A stretch of DNA of 64,000 nucleotides, from assembly GCA_002256395.1 (NCBI GenBank), contig NKJG01000002.1, forward strand, positions 502,333-566,332. The letters run 5' to 3'. Origin of the DNA: Bacteroidetes bacterium B1(2017). Its GTDB lineage: Bacteria; Bacteroidota; Bacteroidia; UKL13-3. Below are positions 10,559 to 19,698 of the stretch, piece after piece. Made by a program: the position numbers and the translations under genes. Under the pieces are notes generated by a model. That model was not told where the DNA came from. It worked only from the letters and a program-made list of their open reading frames with translations, and searched no databases. The stretch's first letter is position 1. The number at the start of each line of letters is the position of its first letter.

Positions 10559-10647
10559 CACCTCTATCCTACATTAAGAATCTATCTTTTATCATGTTTT
10601 TTGAGAGTAATTTGATTTTAATTCGCTGAGCAAAATTTGAAATTGAA

Positions 10648-11097
10648 TTGAAATCATTGTACGACATTGAAACTTTAGCCGAAGTATTGGATAGGGTTAG
10701 CCAGATTAAGGCCGACACCACTCCTATTTGGGGTAAAATGAATGCCGCACAAATGATGGAACATTGCGCTCGCGCACTTGATTTTGTAACTGGCAAAACA
10801 AAGCCACCTAGAACTCTATTGGGTTATATTTTGGGGTCATTCATAAAAACCCAATACTTTAATGATACTCCATGGAGAAAAAACTCACCAACTTCAAAAC
10901 AGTATTTGGTTGTTGATGACCGCTCTTTTTTAAGAGGTAAAGACCGTTTAGAACGACTACTTAAGGAGTTTTCTTTAGGTGGGATGGCAAATTGCACCAC
11001 ACACCCTAGTCCATTTTTTGGCAAGCTTACTGCCCAGCAACATGGCTTGGGTCAATACAAACACATAGATCATCATCTTAAACAATTTGGCGTATAA
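10648..11097 (+). CDS. DinB-like DUF1569 family protein
   Basis: 149 aa. [16 protein letters not shown]...[10 protein letters not shown]...[10 protein letters not shown] matches DUF1569/DinB-fold proteins. TTG start. Confidence 0.65.
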   Translation: MKSLYDIETLAEVLDRVSQIKADTTPIWGKMNAAQMMEHCARALDFVTGKTKPPRTLLGYILGSFIKTQYFNDTPWRKNSPTSKQYLVVDDRSFLRGKDRLERLLKEFSLGGMANCTTHPSPFFGKLTAQQHGLGQYKHIDHHLKQFGV

Positions 11098-11111
11098 TTA
11101 TTACTATTATT

Positions 11112-11975
11112 ATGAATTTACTCAACGGAAACGAAGTATCTAAAAAAATTAAGCTCGAAATTGCCGAGCGAGTTAAATTATTAAAAGCACAAGGTAAGAA
11201 AACTCCACACTTGGCTGCTATTTTGGTAGGTGCAGATGGTGCAAGTATGACCTATGTTGCCGCAAAGGAAAAAGATTGCCAAGAGGTAGGCTTTGATTCT
11301 ACAGTTTTGCGTTTTGACGCAAGCATTACTGAGGAACAACTGCTAGAGGAGGTAATTAAAATAAATAATAATCCAGAAATTGATGGCTTAATTGTTCAGT
11401 TACCGCTACCAAAGCATATCAATGAAAAGAAAGTAACTGAAACCATTAGTTACAAAAAAGACGTAGATGGTTTTCATCCAATGAATGTTGGATTAATGTT
11501 TAAAGGTTTACGTACTTTTTTACCAGCCACACCCTTTGGAATAATCAAACTTCTGGAACATTATGAAATAGAAACAAGTGGCAAACATTGCGTGGTTATT
11601 GGTAGAAGTGATATTGTAGGTAAACCCATGTTTGCGTTAATGTTGCATAAAAACTGTACCGTTACAGTGGTTCATAGCAAAACTAAAGATGTAAGCGCCT
11701 TTACCAAACAGGCTGATATTGTAATTGCAGCTTTAGGTATCCCAGGATTTTTAAAAGCCGAAATGGTGAAAGAAGGAGCCGTTGTAATAGATGTTGGTAT
11801 CACTCGTGTAGACGATGCTACAGCTAAAAGTGGCTACAGATTAAAGGGAGATGTTGATTTTGATTCAGTAGCACCTAAATCTAGTTGGATTACACCTGTA
11901 CCAGGTGGTGTTGGACCAATGACTCGCGTAGGATTATTGCTGAATACTCTAGAAGCGATGGAGCTATATAAATAG
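11112..11975 (+). CDS. folD: Bifunctional methylenetetrahydrofolate dehydrogenase/cyclohydrolase
   Basis: 287 aa. [38 protein letters not shown] and [11 protein letters not shown]. Confidence 0.97.
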   Translation: MNLLNGNEVSKKIKLEIAERVKLLKAQGKKTPHLAAILVGADGASMTYVAAKEKDCQEVGFDSTVLRFDASITEEQLLEEVIKINNNPEIDGLIVQLPLPKHINEKKVTETISYKKDVDGFHPMNVGLMFKGLRTFLPATPFGIIKLLEHYEIETSGKHCVVIGRSDIVGKPMFALMLHKNCTVTVVHSKTKDVSAFTKQADIVIAALGIPGFLKAEMVKEGAVVIDVGITRVDDATAKSGYRLKGDVDFDSVAPKSSWITPVPGGVGPMTRVGLLLNTLEAMELYK

Positions 11976-11977
11976 TA

Positions 11978-12850
11978 TTATTTAACCCAACGGTTTAGTT
12001 TATCTTCTACAGATGGAAGGTAAGCTATACCGTAGTTATTTAAATTAACTAGCGAATAATACATTTGGCAAAAATCCATTCTTATTTCCCAATCGTATTC
12101 TAAAGGGTAACTAGCATGGTAAGCTTCATAAAAGGCTGGATCAAAATTGCCTACCATTTGGGTCATAGCAATATCCATCTCTCGATGTCCAAAATAAGTA
12201 GATGGATTACTCAAAATTGCTTGGCCATTGGGACCCGAAATTACATGCTCTTTCCATAAATTACCATGTAGCATGGATGGTGCTTCATCTGGAAATACAA
12301 CTTCTACTAGCTTATAGTATTTTTCAAACTTACGAATCTGTTCTTGGTCAAGAAACATGTTTTCGGCAGCTTTACGAACATTTGGCATGAGCCTATTTTT
12401 AATATAAAACTGTCCCCAATTGCTTACCCTGTTGTTTATTTGAGGAACTGTACCCAAATAATTATCCTCTATAAATCCAAAATACCTATTCGATACCAGA
12501 TGTAATTGGGCTAGCTTCTCGCCTAGTGAAGACCAAAAATTTTCAGAAGGAGGTCCATTTTCAATATAATCTAGGAAGAAAAACTCTTTTGTATCAGTCT
12601 CACAAATGCCTATTGGGTTACAAACCTCAATCGTTCCAGTTTTTTGCAAGGCCTTAAGAGCAAACATTTCCTTTTCAAACATTTTGGGGAATTGTTCGAG
12701 TTCATGAACCTTAACAAAAAATATCCCTTGATCTGTAAGAACTTTATACGTTTGGTTTATCTCTCCACCTCCAATATGGTGAAAACCGTATACTTGAGGC
12801 GATTTGCCAATTACTTTTTCTACAGCGGATTGAAGGAGCGTGTTATTCAT
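11978..12850 (-). CDS. Fructosamine kinase family protein
   Basis: 290 aa. GGGEINQTYKV, FFVKV, LHGNLW...GHREMDIAM pattern of the fructosamine/ketosamine-3-kinase family. Confidence 0.85.
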   Translation of the reverse strand: MNNTLLQSAVEKVIGKSPQVYGFHHIGGGEINQTYKVLTDQGIFFVKVHELEQFPKMFEKEMFALKALQKTGTIEVCNPIGICETDTKEFFFLDYIENGPPSENFWSSLGEKLAQLHLVSNRYFGFIEDNYLGTVPQINNRVSNWGQFYIKNRLMPNVRKAAENMFLDQEQIRKFEKYYKLVEVVFPDEAPSMLHGNLWKEHVISGPNGQAILSNPSTYFGHREMDIAMTQMVGNFDPAFYEAYHASYPLEYDWEIRMDFCQMYYSLVNLNNYGIAYLPSVEDKLNRWVK

Positions 12851-12928
12851 AAAAAATCAACCAAATATCAACAAAGTTTTAATTGAAAGCAAAAATTCTC
12901 ACTTTTACAAACCTAAGCAAATAAAGTT

Positions 12929-14296
12929 ATGGCCAAAATATTGATAATCGACGATGAAAAAACAATTCGCAATACACTTCGTGAAATACTTGAGTATGAA
13001 AGTTACCAAGTAGACGAAGCGGCCAATGGTGAAGAGGGTTTACAGAAGATTGAAAATGAAGAATACGATGCCGTTTTATGCGACGTAAAGATGCCTAAAA
13101 TGGATGGTATGACTGTTTTAACGCGAGCGAAAGAAATTGACGAAGACCTTCCTTTTGTTATGATTTCTGGACATGGAAACGTTGAAATGGCCGTTGAAGC
13201 AACAAAAAAAGGTGCTTTTGATTTTATTGTAAAGCCACCAGACCTAAATAAATTGTTGATAACCTTGCGAAATACTATTGACCGAAAAGAATTGGTTATA
13301 GAAACAAAAGTATTACGCAGAAAAGCCTCAAAAACAAGAGATATTATTGGCGATTCTCCTGTTATTAAGAATATTCTTGACACAATTGACAAGGTTGCTC
13401 CTACAGATGCGCGAGTATTAATTACAGGAGAAAATGGCACTGGGAAAGAACTTGTTGCCCGTTGGATTTACGAAAAGAGTTTGCGTTCAAAGAACCCATT
13501 AATTGAGGTTAATTGTGCGGCAATCCCTACAGAATTAATAGAAAGTGAATTGTTTGGCCACGAAAAAGGAGCCTTTACTTCTGCTATTAAACAACGTATC
13601 GGAAAGTTTGAGCAAGCACATCATGGTACTATATTTTTGGATGAGGTTGGAGATATGAGCTTATCTGCTCAAGCTAAGGTGTTGCGTGCCTTACAAGAAA
13701 ATAAAATTACTCGTGTAGGTGGTGATAAGGATGTGGAAGTTGACGTAAGAGTAATAGCTGCGACCAACAAGAACTTATTAAAGGAAATTGAAAAAGGTAA
13801 TTTTAGAATGGACTTATATCACCGTTTAAGCGTGATTTTGATTCATGTACCTTCTTTAAATGAGCGTAGAGATGATATTCCATTATTAGCGGAAAAATTT
13901 GTTAAGGAGGTTTGCGAGGATAGCGGATTGCCAAGAAAGAACTTTATGCCGCAGGCACTTGAAGAATTTAAGAAACTTAACTTTAGTGGTAATATTAGAG
14001 AATTAAGAAATATTGTTGAAAGACTGGTAATATTGGGTCAGAACAGAATTACCTTAGAGGATATTCAAAAGTTTGCCAGCCCAATAAATGCTCGTGATGA
14101 AGAAAAGTCTATTTATGAACGATTCAGCACCTTGCAAGATTTTAAAGAATATGTAGAGCGAATATTTATTGAGGAAAAGCTTAAGAAAAACGGATGGAAT
14201 GTGGCAAAAACAGCTGCAGAAATTGACATTCAAAGAAGCCATTTATACAATAAAATTGAAAAATATAGCTTAAAAAGAGGCGAAGGAAACGACTAG
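12929..14296 (+). CDS. Sigma-54-dependent response regulator (NtrC/AtoC family)
   Basis: 455 aa. Receiver domain (ILIIDDE..DVKMPKMDG), AAA+ core (GENGTGKE, ESELFGHEKGAFTSA, FLDEVGDM) and C-terminal HTH (NVAKTAAEIDIQRSHLYNKI). Confidence 0.95.
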   Translation: MAKILIIDDEKTIRNTLREILEYESYQVDEAANGEEGLQKIENEEYDAVLCDVKMPKMDGMTVLTRAKEIDEDLPFVMISGHGNVEMAVEATKKGAFDFIVKPPDLNKLLITLRNTIDRKELVIETKVLRRKASKTRDIIGDSPVIKNILDTIDKVAPTDARVLITGENGTGKELVARWIYEKSLRSKNPLIEVNCAAIPTELIESELFGHEKGAFTSAIKQRIGKFEQAHHGTIFLDEVGDMSLSAQAKVLRALQENKITRVGGDKDVEVDVRVIAATNKNLLKEIEKGNFRMDLYHRLSVILIHVPSLNERRDDIPLLAEKFVKEVCEDSGLPRKNFMPQALEEFKKLNFSGNIRELRNIVERLVILGQNRITLEDIQKFASPINARDEEKSIYERFSTLQDFKEYVERIFIEEKLKKNGWNVAKTAAEIDIQRSHLYNKIEKYSLKRGEGND

Positions 14297-15087
14297 TTTT
14301 CTTCGCTACTTTCAAATTCTATCACCACTTTGGAACCTGGCTTTAAACCCAGTAATTGCGCACCTTTTCCTCTATGAATGGCAATCATTAAATATCCATT
14401 TTCATTAAAAAGAAGCACATCATCACCAGCACTTCCTTGATTAAAGTGTTGGTGTATTTTGCTAATAGAATGTTTACTCCAATAAAATAATTTGAAGTTT
14501 CGATTCGCTCCTATTTTTTCAAATAAACTTTTATGAACATTGGTAATCGCATTTTGGTATCCATCTACCATCATAATGGTTCCCTTAATACCATTTCCTT
14601 CAACCAAAGCCTGTATTCCCTGCTTTATAGTTTCAATTTTACCAGGCTCAGCCAAGCCTTTTAAATCACCCTTTTGAACAAACTTAGCAAGTAAAGGTAA
14701 AAACACGTTTTTTTCTGGGAAGAGATCATTAATACAGTCTTTGTCAACCAAAATTCGATAAATCTTTGTTGGTTCAATGTCAAATAATAGTGAGAAAACG
14801 CCATTATCGGCAGCCAAAAAATAATGCCCATTTACCTCTGCAAATAGAAATTGCTTGTGCAAAGCTAAACTTGTATCGATACAAATTAAGTGGAATGAAC
14901 CAAGTGGAAAGTTCAAATATACTGATCGCAAAAGAAAAGCGGCCTGACTTAAATCGTAAGCAGGAATATGATGCGAAATCTCTATTACCTTGGCATCAGG
15001 CATTAAATTTAGAGCCGAACCTAGCATTGCTGCTGTGTATGGACTACCTGCACCGTAATCGGAAACCATTGTTATAACAGAGTTCAA
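14293..15087 (-). CDS. SAM hydroxide adenosyltransferase family protein (DUF62)
   Basis: 264 aa. N-terminus ITMVSDYGAGSPYTAAMLG and overall pattern fit DUF62/SAM hydrolase. TTG start. The stop overlaps the convergent regulator stop (CTAG). Confidence 0.75.
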   Translation of the reverse strand: MNSVITMVSDYGAGSPYTAAMLGSALNLMPDAKVIEISHHIPAYDLSQAAFLLRSVYLNFPLGSFHLICIDTSLALHKQFLFAEVNGHYFLAADNGVFSLLFDIEPTKIYRILVDKDCINDLFPEKNVFLPLLAKFVQKGDLKGLAEPGKIETIKQGIQALVEGNGIKGTIMMVDGYQNAITNVHKSLFEKIGANRNFKLFYWSKHSISKIHQHFNQGSAGDDVLLFNENGYLMIAIHRGKGAQLLGLKPGSKVVIEFESSEEN

Positions 15088-15133
15088 AATCTTTTCTTAT
15101 TTTCGTACAAATTAACAGCAAGTACAGCAAAAT

Positions 15134-16123
15134 TTGAATACCAAAGAAATCTTAATTGAACATCTCCACCCTGCAGAAGCATTTGGTGTTCATAACCAAA
15201 ACTTAAAAACCTTTCAAATACACTTCCCCAAGCTCAAAATTGTGGCTCGAGGTAACCAAGTACTATTGGAAGGAAAAAATAGTGATATTGAATTATTTGA
15301 AGACAAATTTGATCAAATGATTCAACACATTCAGCAGTATGGAGGTATTTCTTCCTTGCAAATTGAAGGAATTTTAAGCGGAGCAATGTCGAAGGAACCA
15401 AATTCGCCAAAACCTTTGGAGAATGGCGATCAGGGAGATATTATTTTGTATGGAAATCATGCCAAAGTAATTAGAGCCAAAACGCCTAACCAACGTAAAA
15501 TGGTGCAATTAATGCATAGCAATGATATTCTTTTTGCCATTGGACCTGCTGGTACAGGTAAAACCTACACGGCCGTTGCACTGGCTGTTAAGGCCCTTAA
15601 AAACAAAGAAATTAAACGCATCATCTTGGCTCGTCCAGCTGTAGAGGCCGGCGAAAATCTTGGTTTTTTACCTGGTGATTTAAAAGAAAAAATAGACCCC
15701 TATTTACGTCCATTGTATGATGCTTTGGATGATATGATTCCTACAGACAAGCTTAAATCTTATATTGAAACCCGTGTTATTGAAATTGCCCCTATGGCAT
15801 TTATGCGTGGTAGAACCTTAGATAATGCCTATGTAATTTTAGATGAAGCCCAAAATGCAACCGACTTACAACTGAAAATGTTCTTGACCAGAATGGGGCC
15901 TAACGCTAAATTTATAATAACTGGAGACTTAACCCAAATAGATTTACCTCGCAAAGGAATGTCGGGGTTGGTTAAGGCAGTAAAAATTTTAGAAGGAATT
16001 GAAGGGATTGAATTTGCTTACCTTACTTTTGAGGACGTTGTAAGGCATAAATTGGTTAAGAACATTATTAAAGCATACGATAAAAGTGTTGAATCCTTAA
16101 TTGATAGAAGCGAAAAACAATAA
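15134..16123 (+). CDS. phoH: PhoH family ATPase
   Basis: 329 aa. Walker A GPAGTGKTYTAVA, Walker B ILDEAQN, and GDLTQIDLP. TTG start. Confidence 0.93.
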   Translation: MNTKEILIEHLHPAEAFGVHNQNLKTFQIHFPKLKIVARGNQVLLEGKNSDIELFEDKFDQMIQHIQQYGGISSLQIEGILSGAMSKEPNSPKPLENGDQGDIILYGNHAKVIRAKTPNQRKMVQLMHSNDILFAIGPAGTGKTYTAVALAVKALKNKEIKRIILARPAVEAGENLGFLPGDLKEKIDPYLRPLYDALDDMIPTDKLKSYIETRVIEIAPMAFMRGRTLDNAYVILDEAQNATDLQLKMFLTRMGPNAKFIITGDLTQIDLPRKGMSGLVKAVKILEGIEGIEFAYLTFEDVVRHKLVKNIIKAYDKSVESLIDRSEKQ

Positions 16124-16137
16124 GCTAAAACTGCTGC

Positions 16138-17406
16138 ATGAAAAAGAAAAATGAACTATTACTCGTATTTGGCCAAATCAGCGAAAGCGCAATTGCCGCT
16201 TTTTCGGCTTTACGCAGTAATATGGTTCGAACCTTCCTATCAACCTTAGGAATTACGATTGGCATTTTTTGCATCATAATGGTTTTAAGTATTGTAGATT
16301 CGTTAGAAAAGAACCTTCAAGATAGTGTAGATAGTTTGGGGAAGGATGTGGCCATTGTAGAAAAATGGCCTTGGGAATTTGGTCCAGATTATAAATGGTG
16401 GCAATATATGAATAGGCCAAATCCAACGGTTGATGAACTAAAAAAACTAGAGGAACAAATTACCTTAGGAAAAGGTATTGCTTTAAGTATAAACCTACCT
16501 GGCGCCATTGTTAAATACAAAAGCTTAAATGCCGAAAATGTAAGTGGTATGGCTGTTTCGCAAGGTTACCCAGATGTTAGAGATTTTGAATTGGATCGTG
16601 GAAGATTCTTCACCGAAAATGAATCAAAAAATGGAGAGCAGGTGGTATTAATTGGTTCTTCAATTGCCGAAAATTTATTTCCAACCATTAACCCATTAGA
16701 AAGAGAAATAAGTGTAAAAGGGAAAAAATTTAGGGTAATAGGCGTATTTAAAAAAGAAGGAGAAAGTATGATTGGTAATAGCATGGATAATGTATTTATT
16801 ATTCCTGTTACCACAGCAGCAAGTTATGTTCGCTTAAACAGCAATATGGTTAATAGCCGTATTCAAATTAAAGCCAAAGATGGTATTACGGTTGATAGAC
16901 TTGAAAACGAACTAAAAGGTGTCATGCGATCAATACGAAAATTAAGACCTAATGAAGAGGTTGACTTTGCCATTAATAAAACTACTCTATTGTCTAAACC
17001 TTTGAAAGGATTATTCAGTGTTGTTTCATTGGGCGGTTGGATTATTGGTTTATTTGCAATTTTAGTTGGAGGGTTTGGAATTGCTAATATTATGTTCGTT
17101 AGTGTGAAAGAAAGAACTCAACAAATTGGCATTCAAAAATCACTAGGCGCAAAAAACTACTTTATTTTAATTGAATTTTTAGTTGAAGCAATTGTTCTTT
17201 GTTTAGTAGGTGGCGCAATTGGCTTAGTTAGTGTATATGGCATAACCTTGGCTGTAAAAAGCGCATTAGATCTGAACCTATTCTTGAGTAGTGGAAATAT
17301 AATTACAGGTATATTAGTATCTGTTAGTATCGGAATTGTTTCTGGATTTATTCCTGCCTACACCGCCTCAAAACTCGACCCAGTTGAAGCTATTAGAGCC
17401 AAATAA
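16138..17406 (+). CDS. ABC transporter permease, MacB/FtsX type
   Basis: 422 aa. Same architecture as 1336..2568 (MVRTFLSTLGITIGIFCIIMV, ERTQQIGIQKSLGA, PAYTASKLDPVEAIRAK). Confidence 0.88.
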   Translation: MKKKNELLLVFGQISESAIAAFSALRSNMVRTFLSTLGITIGIFCIIMVLSIVDSLEKNLQDSVDSLGKDVAIVEKWPWEFGPDYKWWQYMNRPNPTVDELKKLEEQITLGKGIALSINLPGAIVKYKSLNAENVSGMAVSQGYPDVRDFELDRGRFFTENESKNGEQVVLIGSSIAENLFPTINPLEREISVKGKKFRVIGVFKKEGESMIGNSMDNVFIIPVTTAASYVRLNSNMVNSRIQIKAKDGITVDRLENELKGVMRSIRKLRPNEEVDFAINKTTLLSKPLKGLFSVVSLGGWIIGLFAILVGGFGIANIMFVSVKERTQQIGIQKSLGAKNYFILIEFLVEAIVLCLVGGAIGLVSVYGITLAVKSALDLNLFLSSGNIITGILVSVSIGIVSGFIPAYTASKLDPVEAIRAK

Positions 17407-17407
17407 T

Positions 17408-18277
17408 ATGTTTGTTAGCGGATTTACAATTGTAAGAAATGCACTTAAATATGATTACCCTGTAGTGGAATCCATTTGTTCTATTCTACCCTTTTGTGAT
17501 GAAGTAATCGTTTTGGTTGGAAAATCGGAAGACGACACCCTTGCATTGATTGAATCAATTGGTTCAGATAAAATAAAAATTCACCACTCTATTTGGGATG
17601 ATACACTAAGAGAAGGTGGTAGAATTTTAGCAATTGAAACAGATAAAGCACGCAAACTAGTTAGTCCAGAGGCCGATTGGTGTTTTTATATCCAAGCAGA
17701 TGAATTAGTAAATGAAGAACACACTAAGGAGATTGTTTCGGCTATGCAGGAGCATGTATCAAACAAACAGGTTGACGGATTACTCTTTGAATACAAACAT
17801 TTTTTTGGAAACTTTAATTTTGTGGCAAACTCTCGAACCTATTATAGAAACGAAATTAGAATTGTTAGGAACATCCCCGAAATTCAATCCTACCGAGATG
17901 CGCAAGGATTTAGGAAGAATGGGCAAAAGTTAAAGGTAAAAAAAAGTGGTGGACAAATATTTCATTATGGTTGGGTTCGACACCCAGAAGTAATGAAAGA
18001 AAAAATTAGAAATTTCCACCAACTTTGGCATAGTGACGAATGGATAAAAGCACAAGAAAAATTAATTAACGAGTTTGATTACTCTACTATTGATGATATA
18101 TCTCCCTTTACTGGTAAACATCCTAGTTGCATTCAAGCCAGAATAAGTCTTAAAAACTGGGATTTTAAACCTAAATTAAATAAGAAAAATAGTAGCCTTA
18201 AAAATCGTCTTTTATATTGGTTTGAAAACAAAACCGGGTACCGACTTGGAGAATTCAAAAATTATGAGTTGATTTAG
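17408..18277 (+). CDS. Glycosyltransferase-like protein (GT2-like fold)
   Basis: I prefer the ATG at 17408, 1 nt after the upstream stop. MFVSGFTIVRNALKYDYPVVESICSILPFCDEVIVLVGKSEDDT resembles a conserved Bacteroidota GT2-like family. From memory. Confidence 0.6.
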   Translation: MFVSGFTIVRNALKYDYPVVESICSILPFCDEVIVLVGKSEDDTLALIESIGSDKIKIHHSIWDDTLREGGRILAIETDKARKLVSPEADWCFYIQADELVNEEHTKEIVSAMQEHVSNKQVDGLLFEYKHFFGNFNFVANSRTYYRNEIRIVRNIPEIQSYRDAQGFRKNGQKLKVKKSGGQIFHYGWVRHPEVMKEKIRNFHQLWHSDEWIKAQEKLINEFDYSTIDDISPFTGKHPSCIQARISLKNWDFKPKLNKKNSSLKNRLLYWFENKTGYRLGEFKNYELI

Positions 18278-18279
18278 CC

Positions 18280-19521
18280 ATGGAAAAAGCCAGACAATAT
18301 GTGTTTTTTGTATGCTGTTTAGGCATTAGCTCTGGTATGTTGCTAATAGATTTCATTAGAATTTTACCAAGCATTAGTATGGTTGTTTTGGTATTATTAG
18401 GTATTTCCTACCTACTTAAGCCTATTGCTTTGGAGGGAAGGCAAAATTCTAAACCATTTTATTCTCTTGCCTTAACGTTTGCAATACTCCTTCCATCTAT
18501 CCTTTATTCTGAAAACCATAGCTACCTATTTGAAAGATGGCAAATTGCCTTACCCTATTTATTGCTTCCAATAGCATTTATCAAAATCCCAAAACTTTCA
18601 ACTCGGCGACATTTTTTATTATATGAATCCTACTTCTTTTTCATTCTATTAATAAGTCTCATAGCCTTTGTTTATTATCTGTTTAACCAGCAACTCATTA
18701 ACCAGTTATATTTAGAAAGCAGAGTGATGCCAACCATTGTGAGTCATCATCCCACCTTAAGTTTAATGATTGTTTTTGCTATTTATGTTTCGTATTGGTT
18801 ATATCAAAGCAAACGCTATTATAAACTTCCATTAGAAAAAAATATCTTTTTGTTAGGTGGAACCTTCCTATTTATTTTCATACATGTGTTTTCGGTTCGA
18901 AGTGGCTTATTAGCTTTATACGTTATAATTTTGGTTGAGTTAGGCAGATGGATTTTTCAGAAAAAACAATACAAAAAGGCATTAATTAGTGGCGCTATTT
19001 TAATACTTGTTGGAACCGCAACTTTATTCCTTTCACCAACGGTAAGTAATAAAATTGCCAATACAACCCAAGATTTAAACAATTATCAAAATGAGGGAAG
19101 TGCCAATAATCAAAGTTTAGGTAGTAGAATAATTTCCTATAAAAACGCGATTCAAATTGCCCAAAATACCTCTTTACTTTGGGGTTGCGGACTTGGCGAT
19201 TTAGAAGATTTAAACCTTGAAATTTTTAAAACACAGTATCCTGAAATAAGCAAACCCATAATACCTCACAACCAATTTCTTTATTATTTAGCCGCTATTG
19301 GCATTTTAGGAGTAATTATGTTTACCCTATTTTTCTATTTCCCCCTCTTTTATCAAAAGGCCTTTCTTGATCCATTGTTATTGATACATGTAATTATTAT
19401 TTCCATTGGATTTCAATTTGAGGCACCTATGGAAACTCAAATTGGTGTAGCTTATACCCTAATTTTTATTTTACTCCCAATTCACCAAAAATTTGGAGCC
19501 AGAGCTAAAAAGCTTTCTTAA
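18280..19521 (+). CDS. O-antigen ligase (Wzy_C) family membrane protein
   Basis: 413 aa, about 10-12 TM segments. Loop motif FSVRSGLLALYVI and a large loop with GCGLGD, typical of the O-antigen ligase/polymerase family. Confidence 0.7.
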   Translation: MEKARQYVFFVCCLGISSGMLLIDFIRILPSISMVVLVLLGISYLLKPIALEGRQNSKPFYSLALTFAILLPSILYSENHSYLFERWQIALPYLLLPIAFIKIPKLSTRRHFLLYESYFFFILLISLIAFVYYLFNQQLINQLYLESRVMPTIVSHHPTLSLMIVFAIYVSYWLYQSKRYYKLPLEKNIFLLGGTFLFIFIHVFSVRSGLLALYVIILVELGRWIFQKKQYKKALISGAILILVGTATLFLSPTVSNKIANTTQDLNNYQNEGSANNQSLGSRIISYKNAIQIAQNTSLLWGCGLGDLEDLNLEIFKTQYPEISKPIIPHNQFLYYLAAIGILGVIMFTLFFYFPLFYQKAFLDPLLLIHVIIISIGFQFEAPMETQIGVAYTLIFILLPIHQKFGARAKKLS

Positions 19522-19698
19522 AAACATTTTAATGTAAGATTTAGGTAATTTAGGTAAAAAAATTGCCCCAAAGTTCCTCAGGCAAATAAAATCGAACCAA
19601 ATGGTTTGGATTGTTGACTATTGAAATAGATATTTGATTTTTATTCCTAAGTATTAATTAAGTAAAAAAACATTTCAATAGAAACACCTTTCATACGA

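Noticed and set aside
19539-19556. Tandem direct repeat ATTTAGGTA x2, plus small 5-bp hairpins, in the 177-nt gap upstream of the M36 protease gene.
   Set aside because: There are only two copies of a 9-mer in AT-rich DNA, and the hairpins are short with no T-tracts. This is not distinguishable from chance by eye.
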